From contig MU053754.1 in assembly GCA_013239625.1 (NCBI GenBank), positions 1,159,966 through 1,223,965 on the forward strand: 64,000 nucleotides of DNA. Reading direction: 5' to 3'. The position numbers and the translations under genes are program-made. This document shows, piece by piece, positions 11,905 through 25,918 of the stretch. The stretch's first letter is position 1; each line of letters starts with the position of its first letter. Below the pieces are notes generated by a model. That model saw only the letters and a program-made list of their open reading frames with translations. It had not been told where the DNA came from and did not search any database. The stretch is from Lama guanicoe. Its lineage: Eukaryota.

Positions 11905-14900
11905 CATCCGTTTTATGCCACCAGTAGAATTACCTCTACCATTTAGGCTCCATACGAAAATAAAAGGAAAAGCTTTACTTACTTTATATTTTTTGGCCCA
12001 AAGTGTGTATGAACATTGTGGCTGAATTTAATTTTACCTTTGCACAGAGACATCTAGAGACATCTGTGATACAAGGCTCACTTATTGCCATAACCCAGCC
12101 GTTGACATCCTTTCTAGGGGAATCGTGAATTTTGCCCACTCGGTCTATTTTCTCAGGGGTGAGGGACATTCAAGCAAAGACACACACGGGGCTCAACTAG
12201 GCACAGTCGGGGGACATCTGCATGGGGACTGGTGACGTATGAAACCCACTGGAGACTGAGATCTTCTTTTACAATCTTCAGTGTCATTAAGAGAGAAAAA
12301 TGCTTAACAGCCACACACATTTATTGCCTCAGGAAATCTCCGAAGTAATGCTCTCGTATTTATTTGGATGCAACAGGAGCTGCGGTCTTCGGGGCAAAGC
12401 GAGAACTCCTTTCTCTGTAGATGCTCCGGTAACTTCTCTCTTATCAGAAACACCTGGAACTACCAGTCCTGCTGACTGCTCCCATGGCACCTGGGACAAC
12501 TCAGTGTAAGAGGCAAGGAGATATAGCAAATGCACCTAGAGTGAGAACCTCAAAAGGCAACTTGGGATATCTTCAGGAATCCAACCGTAACATTTTTAGG
12601 TAGATTCCTAAAAATCTTTGGAAATCTTCAAGTTAAAATGTAAAAATCCTGGTATTACAGTAAAATCAACCATCTGTAGAACAAAGAGACTAGTTTTGAG
12701 TCGGCTTCTAGCTAGCTGGGCAATTTTGGGCAAGATGATAATGTTGTGGAGTTTCTATTAAAGGGAGGGGCCTGGACTGACTAGTTTAACCTTAAGAGTC
12801 CCATGAAGTGATGAGGTCATAGACTATATTCTTCTGGTCTTTATTAGGGAACCATATATTATTTTGCAGGATTCCTTTACTAGGTTAAAGGATTTCTCCT
12901 TCCTCCACCATATATAATTTTTAAAGCTGTTCTCAAGACTTATCTCTATTTCTATTTTGTATTTGAATGACACTTAATTCACCTAGATTTTTAAGAGACC
13001 ATTGCTTAAACTCTCAGGAGATTAGGCTGGTATGCATCATTTATAAAATATTTAAAGCAATCTAGCAGAGAGCTCTGAATAATAAATGGCTACTATTTAA
13101 ATGATGATAGACTGTTTAACATTTTCAACTTTGCTTTTTCAGTAGATGTGAAGTATTCTCATTTGATTTGTGATCTTTAAAATAGCTCTAATCAAATATA
13201 TAATTTAATAATCTTTATCATAATTTTAATCTTTGTTTTTGCTTTTTATTTCATAACAATAATAGGAAAGGATCTCCAACAAAAACAATTTTCTAGATTA
13301 AAGTTGGAAGCCTCTGTTTTTATATTTGAAAAGCCACAGTTAGTCTGAAATACATTACTAAATTGTCTGTAATGATATTTAAAAGCTGGAGGACTTTAAT
13401 TCCACAATAGCTGTTTCATTTTTAAATTCGACACATCTTCAGTTTATGTAACTTGCCTGAGATTGCACAGCTGTTTTTATTTATAGAATAACAGGGGAAT
13501 TTCACTTGTCAAAGATGCTATGACAAATAAATGTCCCTGTGTGCACTGCATTCTGGCACGTGGTCCACTCACTAGCCAACAAAATGTCAAGAAATACCAT
13601 TACAATCCTTCTAGCTGCAAAAAAAGACTGAATTATCATTCTTCTCAAGTTCTCACTCTTCCAGGGGCTATTATGAGAGACATTCACATGCAAAAGAGTC
13701 CATTAATTTACATAACATGCTATTTTTTTAAAATTAAGAAACGAAAGTCAAATTCAACTTTAGACCTTAATGTAGCAACATTTATCAGTAGTAACAGCAA
13801 GGTGAGTGTACTGCAATGGTGGAAGACTCCAATAAACTGGAAGGCAGTGTGAGGAGGTGTGTTTTGGGGGGTTCACTGAGGACTGATGGGTTTGCAGAGA
13901 ATATGACATCCAGTCTTCTGCCTGCCTCGGTCTGATGTGCGTTACTTACAGGGCTTCTATCAAAATGCTGCCCAATACAAAGACTACACAAATTCTAGGG
14001 CCTGGCATTACCACTTGTTAATGGCCTAGCTCTCTTACAAAGTACACATGAGATTTACTGTCCTACAGACAAGTACATGATCTATAGCTGTTTCCAAGCA
14101 ACGATGACTGAAAGGTACCAAGTGGAAGACCTTCGCCACCTCTTCAAAAAACCTCAGCTGGTTCCCTGTTCGTCCTTCCCACTTAAGCTGGACATAGGAA
14201 CCCCAGGGTGACCCGGGTTTTCCTTCTTGTGGCCTTACAGTTGGCTTGCTGATGGTCAAGGGACACACCCAACTCAAGGTCATTTCAGGATCAAGTAGGC
14301 CCATCTGCCACCATGTGATAGTCTTTCCAAGCAAGGCGATTTGATGAGGTAATAAAATACTCATGTACTTTCATTTATTTCTCCTTTGTGCTTGCTTGTT
14401 TTAAGATACACTTCTGCTCATAACTATTTTTTGCTACCGAGATTTACTGGAACATACGAGGAGTGTCACGTCACTAAAAGTCTTCCACATTTGTATCTGT
14501 GGGAGCTCTGTCTCAGGGTTTTCAGGCATAAACTAAGACCAGTCTTTGATAGAGACAGTAAAAGCCCATGCAGTATTCCACCAGTACTGCGAAGATTTTT
14601 TAATAATCGATTGCCTTTGACAACATGAACAATGGGTCTGTTACTCATATTACATAACAAAAATGTACTAAAGAGATTAAGTCAGAAGCGACTTTGAGAA
14701 GAAAATTCTGTTTCGCTCCTTATTTTCCTAAGATTTGCAAAATATTTTTCTGTGCAAGCTATTCAGATATTTTGAATTCAGCAAGGCAGTCAGATGTTTT
14801 GTTATAAAAATATAAGTGTCCCTATGTGGAGACTATCTGAATTTTTTCCAACCTTTTCTTTAAATTAACGCATTATTTTTTCGTTTGTCTGTGAGAGTTG

Positions 14901-16204
14901 TGTTTTTATAATAAAGGCTCCCTTTTCTACAGATTTGGCCTTCTCTTCTTATGAAATGACTCAAAATTACTTTTCTAATTCTACAAAACCTAGACAGTCA
15001 ACAACCTCACTTTAAATTTCAGATGAATTATTCATTTCTCCCCAACAGCATTACAGTTTTCCAGCAGCTGGGACACTGAGACAGTTGACAGGATTGCAAG
15101 CAACATCGATGCCCCTGTCAGACAGGTGCAGGGCTGACGAACAGACATCACGTGAAAGCCCCTTCCCTCAGTTCATTCCAGAAAAAGCAGAACGCTCACG
15201 CCACCTGATCCCAGGTGTATGTCTCTTCCTGATACTTTAGCAAAGAAGTTGTTGGGTCAGAGACCAAGTCTTCTCATTAAAAATTTCTAGCTTCCATATT
15301 CAAAGTTCCTCTAATAGAAGCAATGTCAGCATTTTTTTTTCCTCTTTCTGATCTCAGATAAAAATGGCATTTTAGTCTGCAGTTTTAAAACAGAAACTTT
15401 CCATCTCTGTTAGCAGATGGACTTGCCCACATTTATTTGAAAATATATTTTGGTCTATTTTCAGAAGTCGCTTCATTGTACGAGTGCAGAAATCATCTCA
15501 GTGAGATGAGTTTTCATTTTAGTAATGACTGAAAGCTACCTAACACAGGCTCTTTTTATCAAAACACCCCATGATATTTTTGAAAAGATAATCTGAGTAT
15601 TGAAAAAGAGAGCTCCACTGTCATCTTTGAGAGTCATAAAAAGGTGGTGAAGATTGGGTTGGCATAAGCCTGTGTAAGTACCAGCAGAAGACAAAGTAAG
15701 TATTCTCGTTATTATGAAGCTTCTCATAAGGACTCAGTGGCATTGTTTAAGCTTTATCATTCAAAGAAATAGAAATGGTACAGATAAATATAAAGAAAAT
15801 ATGGAAGCTGAATCCTGGAACTAAGCTGTGAGACCCCAGTTTCACAAAAGTGAAGCCAAAAGGAATGGAGAAGACACTGTGAAGATCTCAGAAACTCCCA
15901 GCACAGTAACTTAACGTGGAAGGATGTTTTGTGGGGCGCCAGCCAGAGCTCACTCTCCAGACTGTCCTTGGCCTCCACAGGATGGATCTACAGTTTCCAA
16001 TTCCTGGATATTCTCATATATGACACGCCCTGCCCACATTTCTTAGAGTAAAGGGTATGCAGACTTTCTTCAACCATCAGCAATGACACACAATTCTCCT
16101 CACTATTCAGTGCTTTGTCTGGAACCACAGGCCCTTTTCCTAATTGACTGATATCTCTGGGATATAACTTCTGCACCCTGTACTGAATCTAAAGCACTGA
16201 TTCC

Positions 16205-16812
16205 ACCTGCACCCCAATGTTCACAGCAGCACTATATACAATAGCCTAGACATGGTAGCAACCTAATTGTCCAATGACAGATGACTGGATAAAGAAGTTG
16301 CGGTATATTTATACAATGGAATACTACTCAGCCATAAAAAAGAATAAAATAATGCCATTTGCAACAACATGGATGGACACAGAGATCGTCATTCTAAGCG
16401 AAGTAAGCCAGAAAAAGAGAAAGTAAGATGCCATATGATGTCACCCATATGTAGAATCTAAAGAAAAAGAAAATTAAAAAAGGATACTATGAACTCATCT
16501 ACAAAACAGAAACAGATTCACAGGCATAGTAAACAATCTTATTGTTACTGGAGAAAGTGGGTGGGAAGGGATAAATTTGGGAGTTTGAGATTTGCAAATG
16601 TTAGCCACTATATATAAAAATAGATTTTAAAGTTTCTGCTGTATAGCACAGGGAACTATGTTTAATATCTTGTAATAACCTTTAATGAAAAAGAATATGA
16701 AAATTAATATATGTATGTATATGCATGACTGGGACATTCATGCTGTACACCAGAAATTGACACATTGTAACTGACTGTACTTCAATTAAAAAAATTTTTT
16801 TTTAAATAAAAA
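16205..16812 (+). mobile_element. 5'-truncated L1 with 15-bp TSD
   Basis: TSD taaagcactgattcc at 16190-16204 and 16813-16827, enclosing ORF2 tail, 3' UTR and A-rich end. Confidence 0.95.
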
Positions 16813-18740
16813 TAAAGCACTGATTCCCACCGAGGGACTCTTGGAGAAGCAGAGCTGTAGATGGTACACACGTCTTTGTCCCTTTGCCCATAAGGTCTTG
16901 TTCACTGTCAGCAAGCAGCAAAGGACGGGGAAAACAATAGGAATATTTTAAAGCTGTGGTTTTTCAGGATGAAAACATACCGTACAACCTAATTATTTCC
17001 TTACTTTGTATGTATTGTGTATAACCCAAACTTCAGAGCTGTCAAAGCAAACCTCAGAAATGGGGAGGCTGACAGGGAAAAAGCCAAACAAAACAAAAGC
17101 AGCCTATTTCTCAAGGACGGGGGCTTTCAGTTCAATTAGATTCCCCTGCTATCTAAATAATGGGGTGCAATGACCTGCAGAGCCAGCGTAGAAAATATGT
17201 CAGCATAACCTAATAGTGTCTGAAGAAATCAGTCATTTTCCTGTCTGCTTCACTTCAGTCATTCTGTTTGAATTTCTATTACTAGAATTTATGATTAAAT
17301 ATATTGACTTTCATGCAGTAAAACTAACAATCTCTTTAGAGAATACTCAGTTTCATGGGCAACAAATAGCAAATCACTTTTTGAAAAACCCAGTGCCAAC
17401 TGAGGTCCCCCACTTGCCATCATCTGTCCTTGGGTTAAACTCTTAAATCTTTGAAGGCTAGTGCACTCGGGGTCTCCCCAGAATGACATCTGAGAGGGAA
17501 ATTCAGAATCCTCCATAAGATAGGTGCTGGCAATGTGGCCTTTTACTGCCTAAAGCAGGGACTGCGTTAACTCTCCTGAGTATAAAGTAGAGAAAGAAGG
17601 TATTTTCAGAACTGTTTAAATAAATGTCATTCTGTTTATCAAAACAGAGAAGTCTGGCAGGCATTTCTAACCATATGGGGCTTTTGAAAATATATGAGAA
17701 ACATGTGATTATGTGTTTAGCTGAATATTATTAAAACTGTATGCAAACCCTGGGGAGAGCTTTGGGCCTACGTTCCCTCTGGAGCATCCTATATGATATA
17801 TCACCGTGTGCATAAAATTATTCTGATAGAAATACAGCAGTGTATCAATGAAACCCACACAGTCCTCCGTTACTGAGCTGATTCTATGATAACTGTAATA
17901 TTTTGATTCTAACAATAATTTCATAAAGCCAAAACGTATTATTTGTGAAAGTAATAAGATCAGTATAAAAACGAGGGTCTCATGCTACTTACAGGAGGCA
18001 AATATATCCCCCAAGCCAAAGAGCAGGTGGCTGGAGCAATTGGGAGCGTGGAAGAAGGGGGAAGAATCCAAGGTCAGCTTCTGCTTCTCGGAGTCATCTA
18101 AGTACCACCAAGGCCTCAGTCACAACACCTGGTCTGCTACATAAAAACCAAAGTCTGCCCTCAAGAAATGCAACTTAAAAAGCGGGGGCCATCTGAGGCT
18201 TGGGACATCAAGGTCACTCTTGTTTCCTTTGTATGGGCAAGCTGAATTAAACGTTTGTCAAATGAGCAGACTGAGAGGTAAACGTCACGTCGAGTGTCTA
18301 ATCAGAGCCCCCTGTAAACTATGTCAGATTTACAGAATGTAAGAGTGTTTTTAAGAGTGGGACCTTACAGATGCTGCCGTTCAAGAATGAAATAAAATAT
18401 ACTAAAAAAAAAAAAAACCAACTGTCATTAACATCAAGTTGCTAACCAAAGTCTCAGCGCATCGCATTTCAGGGACAGGTGAGCTTTCACAAGAGGACAG
18501 TGGTCCAGATGCTCATCTCAAAGCAGGGGTCCTCCCTGACGAGAAGCCAGCACCTCAGCCTTCACGAGGAAGACGCAGCCTGTGTTAATGTCGTGTGCAT
18601 TAATTCATTCCCCTACTGTTTCTATTTCCTAAAACACCTTCCTGGCAAAATCTGACAGTTTTTCCCTTGATTATTTCTTGGAGAGCGACCCGATAAGAAA
18701 CGGGTGTAGAACTCTCAGATTTGGGAAGGAGATTAAAAAT

Positions 18741-18788
18741 ACACACACACACACACACACAAACACACATACACACACACACACACAA
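18741..18788. repeat. (CA)n microsatellite, interrupted
   Basis: Directly visible. Confidence 0.95.
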
Positions 18789-19246
18789 ATTCAGTGAGAT
18801 GGAGAACCAAGCAGTACCGGCAAAAGTGTGCATGAAATAGTTGTGGCAACCGTTTTCACTCTGTGGCAATTTCGGCACACTGCTAAGTCTCTCATTTTTG
18901 CTTCCCTCCATACCTACCATCCAGAGACCCTTCAACAAATATTTATGGAGCACTGGACTCTGTTAATTTCCTGCCTCCAGAGCATGGGTTCTTTCCTTGT
19001 TCTGCCTAACCGTGTGTAAATGTTCAGTCCATCTAGGTTAAGGCATCATTCCTTTCCAATAAGGAATCAACTCCTGTTGGCATAAATCTGTTTTCTTCAG
19101 GGGCTAGCGTCAACCAGCTCAGTGGCACGTACTTGAGAAAGTGGAGTTTTCAATTCTTTATCTCAAGTCTGCTCATCACCTTTGGGGTCTCTCCCCAGAG
19201 CTCTACCATCCTAGAAAATGTACATACTATAAAGTTAAATCACAAA

Positions 19247-19372
19247 TAAGGTTGTTAAATTTGAATTATATTTTCATGGGACACACATCTAAAATGTGAT
19301 CTGGTATTTACATAAAATTCAACTTTAACTAGGCATCCTGTATTTTTATTTGCTAAATCTGGTAAAGCTAGC
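19247..19372. mobile_element. MER53-like hAT MITE fragment
   Basis: aactaggcatcctgtatttttatttgctaaatctgg terminal motif. Confidence 0.7.
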
Positions 19373-19754
19373 CTTAAATGTAAATCATACATGTTCATAA
19401 GAGAGCAAGCATTAGAGGAGAATGAATTAATATTTGTTTTCATTCATGAATAATATAAATAACAAAATACAAGTAGGATACAAGTCAATAATCCTGTTGG
19501 TTGTAACTCAAGGAAGACTTGGGTGGAAAATCCTTTGATCAAAGCAACCCTTTGATCAGCTGCAAAATGAAAGACTGACTCCCATATGCCACACATATGT
19601 TAATGTGGATGGCGTGAATAAAGCATGGTAAATACGTCAGAGTCAGAAACATCTTCCGAAGCTGTAACTGTAGCATCTGAAATCGCCTACAAATAATTAA
19701 TGCCGCTTGGCACAGACCAAGCCAACCAAGCAGGATAATACACACTACGCAGGA

Positions 19755-19918
19755 ATCTGCAGTCTCTGCTGCAACCACCCAGCTCCCATCACTGAAGCTC
19801 AGGTGCAGCCACAGGTAGTGCAGAAAGGAACAGGGTAACTGACTCCTAACAAAACTGTATTTACACAAACTGGGTGCTGAGTGGATTTGACCCACTGGCT
19901 CATCCATCCCCTGGCCTA
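19755..19918. mobile_element. MER58-like hAT-Charlie MITE fragment
   Basis: gtctctgctgcaaccacccagctc...aacaaaactgtatttacacaaac...ggatttgaccc. Confidence 0.65.
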
Positions 19919-20804
19919 AGGCAAACCAAGAATTTATTAGTAGCTCCTTACACTGTTGATAAGATTTTAACTCAGAGGAAGAAATAGCAATTGCAAGAAT
20001 TATTAGATGCTGTCAGTCTGCTCTAATGGAAGGTCCAGCAAATTTCAAAAGGCTTGTTTTGATGATATTATAAAAACGCAAACCCTCCATTACAGTTAAG
20101 AGGAGTTAGTTATATTATTAACAAAATCAACTAGCTTATTAAATAAGATATAAATTTTGAGGGTTGGAAAGATGAAAAAGTCTGCATATCCATGGTGGAT
20201 TAACTACACATATTATCTCTCCTTTTCAAAGCTCACAATAATGGCACTTAAATCTTTGTATTAATGCAGAATGACAATGGGGGATGAGCAAAGGAGATTT
20301 CAACAAATTCTGGAAACTGTGAAGTGAACCATGATGTTCATTGATTAGGAAAGTGAGTAAAATTACAATCTGGGCTCTGTTCGCATACTCTGTCGGCATT
20401 TTAGAAGAGAGGCAAGGCTTGAAATGAGGATTCTAGGCCCTTCTGGAGATGCTCTGAACTGTAGCATGTGGGCCGTGAGACAGTGAATTCAGTTGTCCCT
20501 AACCAGCCTCGTCTCACCTTTCCCATTCTCTTAGGTTGTACTTCAAAAGAATCTGGGAACAAAGTAAAAAGCATTCTTTTAAAATGCCAAATGAGAAAAG
20601 TTATTTTTCCCATGTACCTGAATGCAAACAATTCAGAGTCTCCACACACGGTCCAATGGTGTGTCATGAGTTCAAAGCAGCTGAATCAGTACAGGTTAGC
20701 AATCTTGACTTTATTAAATGCAACTGACAGGTGTCAGGATCTGCCAGATTTTCAAGTTCTTTGGATTTAAACCTTCAGAATAAAAAATCTTCTGTGCTTT
20801 CTGA

Positions 20805-20945
20805 GGGGGGGAGGATGTATTTCAGTAGTAGAGCATGTGCTTATTAGCAGGCATGAGGTCCTGAGTTCAATCCCCAGTAACTCCATTAAAGAAATAAATA
20901 AAAACCTAATTGCCTCCCCCAGAAAAATAAAAATAAAAATTTTTT
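20805..20945 (+). mobile_element. Vic-1-like tRNA-derived camelid SINE
   Basis: ggggggagg...cagtagtagagcatgtgctta...gtcctgagttcaatccccag, with A/B boxes, cctaattgcctccccc body and A-tail. Confidence 0.85.
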
Positions 20946-21984
20946 AAATCTCGATTTCTTTCGGATTTGATGTGTTATCCAATAACAATGAAAACCTACT
21001 TTATCAGAATAAGCAATAGTGTATTTACTTCAGTTACAGCTAATCTCACCTTATTTCATCTTACAAAATGTTTAATATTTTCCTTTTCATTAATAAGAGA
21101 TAAAACATAGAGGCTGCTTGGATGATCGATTTTTCGTTTTTCATCTTTTTCATTACATAAAGAGGAAAAGTAAGATCATGATGTCTCACAGAATTAATGG
21201 AGTTATGTCTGAATCTTTATAGATGTTCTTAATTAATTATTCCCAAAAGCCTAACGCCAGCATACACACGTCATTTATCATACCCCTCGCTTTATAAGAA
21301 CTTCCAGTTTTACACAACACATCACATTGCATTACTACAAGTCAAATAATGAGAAACAGGACATAGATTTACTCTTGTTACATATAACCTCCAATAAAAG
21401 TGGATAAATTCATTATATTAGCTCTTTACTGCTCTTGGTAATTAGTATTACAAGTGCCTACTGTAATTTATTCTCAGTAGGTATTATGATGCTCTTTGAA
21501 ACACAAATTATCTCACTCACTTCACTTGAACTATTTCATCTGAATGTTTTGACAGAAAGGAAGTCTGATATGGTTGATTACTTTGAAAAAAAAGGCGGAT
21601 TCGCTAATTAGGTTACAAAGTAGAAATTTCTCATTTACTGAGAAAGCCTTATACATGGATCCAAGGTTTGGACAAAAGCATACATAGGGCACATTTTTAT
21701 CCAAAAAAAGAAAAAGGAGTGTTGGGGAAAGTTTACTGTAATTCAACAATATTTAGAATGTTCTCAACTCTGTTTACTGGGTTAAAAGAGTACCTCTAAG
21801 GGGAAAATATACAATGAACCATTATTTTATAGGTCTGATTATAACTTTTTTTGGTTTAATTATGAGAATTTGAGAAAATGAACTTAGTGATGGTTAGTAC
21901 ATTCTTTTAAAGATCGATATTTCCAAGTGTTTGTTTTCACAAACCTGAAGGGTGACCAAACGGAACCAACAACGGGGGTACCTG

Positions 21985-22160
21985 GGGGTGGGGGGTGCGT
22001 TTACTCCCCAGGACAGATTTGGCAGGGTCTGTAGGCATTTTCGGACACCACAACTGGGTAGGTACTACTGACATCTAGTGGAAGAGGCCAGAGATGCGAC
22101 TAGAAATCCTACATGCAAAAAACTCCTTTCTCCCCAAGGAATTACTTGGCCGAAATGTCA
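21985..22160. mobile_element. MER20-like DNA transposon
   Basis: actactgacatctagtggaagaggccagagatgc...aaatgtcaagagtgtccaaattgagaaac. Confidence 0.75.
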
Positions 22161-22466
22161 AGAGTGTCCAAATTGAGAAACATTTCTACGTGGGTATATA
22201 CATAAATTTAAAAAAGGGAAGAACCTCCACTTATCTCACTGAATTACATAAATTTCATTTAATAATCATAAGAAATGTTAAAAAATAATAATCATGAATG
22301 TTTTAATTAAACAATGTTTATGTTGCTTTGATCAACTCTATGCCAATAATAAATGCAATGACAACACAAGTTGGAGGAAACTTTTTAAACTCTTCAGTCT
22401 TATGGTTCCAAGATATATTTTAAAAATAACATTTAAAATAATTTATATATTTTCGTTTTAAGTAAA

Positions 22467-22830
22467 TGTCTTAGTCTGTTCAGGCTGCTATAATAAAATG
22501 TCAAAAACTGGGAGGCATATAAACAACAGAAATTTCTCTCTCATAGTTCTGAAGTCTGGAAGTCCAAGATCAAAGCACAAGGAATGGTCAGGGGAGGGCC
22601 CTCTTCCTGGTTCACAGCTGAGTCCTCACAAGGTGGAGGGGTGGGTGTAGAATGAGGGTGTTCTCTGCAGTCTCATTTATAAGGGCACTAATCCCATTTT
22701 CATGAGGTTCCACCCTCATGATCTGATCATCACCCCAAAGTCCCAGCTCTAAATACCATAATACTAGAGATTAGCCTTTCAACATATGAATTGAGGGTAG
22801 GGGGAGGGTACAGTCATTCAGACCATGGCA
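22467..22830 (-). mobile_element. MaLR solo LTR (MLT1A-like)
   Basis: tgtcttagtctgttcaggctgctataa...aagggcactaatccc...cattcagaccatggca, with near 5-bp TSD gtaaa/gtaag. Confidence 0.85.
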
Positions 22831-23333
22831 GTAAGTAAAAATAAGTTATCAATAAAAGATTTTCAAGCATCATATAATACTACTTTAAGATAAAATTCTC
22901 TGCAGAAATTGGAATGGAAACTAAAACTGGAGGAAGAAAACAAATGATGTAAAATTTCATCCTGTTAGGAAAGCACTTCTTTAGGGTTTTGAACTATTTA
23001 TAATAGGTATCAAATTGCTATGGCATTTAGATTACACTGAACATGTTTAAAAGAGTGATATTACAGTTTTGTGCTAAGATATCTATATTTACAATATGCT
23101 GGAAATTATCTTTTTCCAATTAGTTAAAATGCTGAGTAAAATTTTAGATGTCACTGAAGCATGCTAGAAATTGCACAGGGTGGCAAGATCCCTTCAGAGA
23201 GTATTCCTTAAAACCGGAGGGGGCTCCGGACAGATGGGCAGAGAGAAATCCCCTCCCGGTCCAAGTCCTCATGGCTTTGCTACTCTTGTAGTCCAAAAGC
23301 ATTTCGAAGAGCAACTTTCCAAACCCAAATATA

Positions 23334-23650
23334 CAGGCATCCCTTGGAGATACTGCAGGTTTGATTCCAGACCACTGCAATAAAGCCAATACTGCAATAA
23401 AGCAAGTTACACACATTTTTTTGTTTCTCAGTGCTGACAAAAGTTACACTTAGATTATACCCTTGTCTATTAAGTGCACAAGAGCAGTATATCTACAATG
23501 TACATCCCTTAATTTTAAAGTGATTTATTGCTAAAAAGTACGAACCATCATCTGACAACCCAGGGCTGCCACAAGCTTTCAATTTGTAAAGACCAAAGTT
23601 TATCTGCAGAGCACAATAAGGTGATACAAAGTGTAATAAAATGAGTTGGT
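23334..23650. mobile_element. Tigger2/MER28-like DNA transposon
   Basis: ta|caggcatcccttggagatactgcaggtttgattccagaccactgcaataaag terminal sequence. Confidence 0.8.
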
Positions 23651-25780
23651 ACCAATCATTTATAACATGAACAGCTTTCAAATAATATAGGCAACTTTAT
23701 TACCTAAATAAAGTTATTAAGATAACTAAGTAATGTTTTGATGCAATGAGGTGAAGAAGAAACAAATAATCTGTTGCTAGACTTAAAGAGTGATTCTTCT
23801 GTGTGAAGAGAAGTGACCAAGCAGATGCTTTGTTGGATTTTCAATTTAAATATTCATTAAGTGAACTTAAAACATATTTATTATTCTCATCCTTGGACGA
23901 AGAAAAGAAGGCATTTATCTGAGATGAAGAGCTTTCCCTACTTAGTGAAACCCAAGGGCTGGAAATTTGGAGCTTTATTTCCATTTTTCTCTAAGTAGTT
24001 GAATGACATTTAAGAAATGCAACACACGGTGGCAGTAACACCATCCTTTCATTCCCAAATACCCTCAAACAGAAAAACAGTGTTTCCATAGTGACAAAAG
24101 GGCGGTGGGGGGACTTTAAAAATCAGTATTGGCATTACATCCAAATGTTTAAATCAAGGAATTCTCTTTACACTTTACATACATGATGAATTTTTCCCCT
24201 GGAGTTCACTTAAAAGGTGTTTCACAATTATTAATCTTTTTCTTCATTATTGAAGCAGCACCATATAGGTAGGTTACCCACATTAATACTGACAGAGAGT
24301 AAAAAGGAAAAACAAAAAAATAGAAAGTGAAATTGCCAAACTAGCAAATAATATCAGCAAATAATGGCTTGATGCAAAGGTTTGTGTTTTTTTCCCCTTT
24401 AAGGAACAAACCACATAACTTCCCCCTAGTCTAATATACTTACATAGATGACTGATATGTAGATGACTATTTTTAGTAATTTATATATTACATGAAAATT
24501 ACATATACACTGAAGAACGGGCCACAATTTTATTTTTATACATACTGCATAACTGATAGTAAAAAATATTGTATACACTCTTTTTGGTGTCACAATTCAC
24601 CTGAAAAAGTTTCTGTGAAATCAGCCAGGCCTCACAGCCTGCTCCATCCAAGTTAATAAACTTCTTAATGTTAAAAAAAAAAAATTCTCAAGGTGCCTCA
24701 GCCAATTACTTCCTCTCTAAAAAAAAGGTATGGTTTTACCCACCTGGTTCTCAGGAGTGAGTGTCAGTGTGAAATTGCTGAATGGAGCACATATCACATA
24801 AGTAGGTACTCAATAAAACAATCATCATCATTGATTAGTTATTGCTTGTTAACTAGGATACTCTTTCAAATGGGCATGTGGTGTATGAATCCATCAAAAC
24901 AAAAAAGGGTGACCTGAGGGAAATTAGGGAACTTCTTGCTTCTGAGCCTCTTCTTTCTATACTTTGTTGCTCCATCAAAAACTACATCAAGCCAATGATG
25001 CCATTTTGGGGACAATTTCGTACCCATGATCTCTCCCCTCAAGCCCCCCCAGGGGCAGGAGGCCTGGGCAGGAGCAGGTCTGCAAACCCACAGTGGACGG
25101 GCACCCTGTGCTGACCCCCACGAAGCCCTGAAGCCGGCAGCCGGGGTGGCTTGCTCCTCCAGGGTTGCTCCTCCCAGCTCTCATTTTCAGGCACCTTTGC
25201 TCTTCTCACGTTCCCTTTACCGACGTAAGCCAAAAGGGTTTTTCGAAATCAGCACAATGTCAACTTATATCCAACAAGAAAGTGAAAATATCTGGGGCTG
25301 ACTGTAATCTGACACATTTTACTTTACCTAACATTATCCAGGTGACCTGGCATCTGACTGCCTCTGTCAGGATGGACAATCTAAACACTTGTCAAACACT
25401 GACCTGACAGTTGTCAAAACGTTTGTCTAAAGCTTGTCAAATATTAGATTACGTGGCAGGAGTCTCCGTTTCCTTCACAAATTCTCCCTTGTGCCATTAA
25501 ACTGCCATTTGAACTCAAAAGATCCAATTCAATGTCTCAAAAATACCTATTTGCTGTGTACCTCAGGTTCAGCAGTGCAGAATTAACTTGCAGCAGAGAG
25601 CACTCCTTGGAGAAAGATGCTACGTGAGCCTATCAGCCCTGTACTTCCAACAAGACCTCACACCAAGTCTCAGATACAACGTTCTCCGTAAATAAACTCT
25701 CTCCTGAGTTCGCTGTTGTCTAGCCGGTAAACAAATCCTTGCCGTGGTGTGTGCAGTGGGTTTGAATGCCCATGGTCCAG

Positions 25781-25918
25781 CTAGAAGGACATCTCTCTGG
25801 CTTCATGCATCTTTGCCAAAAGTTCAGTGGCCTTCAGCACATCCACAAATTCCCTGAGATTCCTTCTTATTTTGACTCCTTGATTCCCCGGATAATGATA
25901 AAACAGAGAAAAGGCACC
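25781..25918 (-). CDS. Predicted terminal coding exon G; GAFSLFYHYPGNQGVKIRRNLREFVDVLKATELLAKMHEAREMSF*
   Basis: Acceptor gtttctgaattgtaag|GGT (phase 0), 45 codons resembling an amphipathic helix, then TAG at 25781-25783. Alternative upstream AGs lie near 25937-25941. Confidence 0.7.
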   Translation of the reverse strand, partial: GAFSLFYHYPGNQGVKIRRNLREFVDVLKATELLAKMHEAREMSF

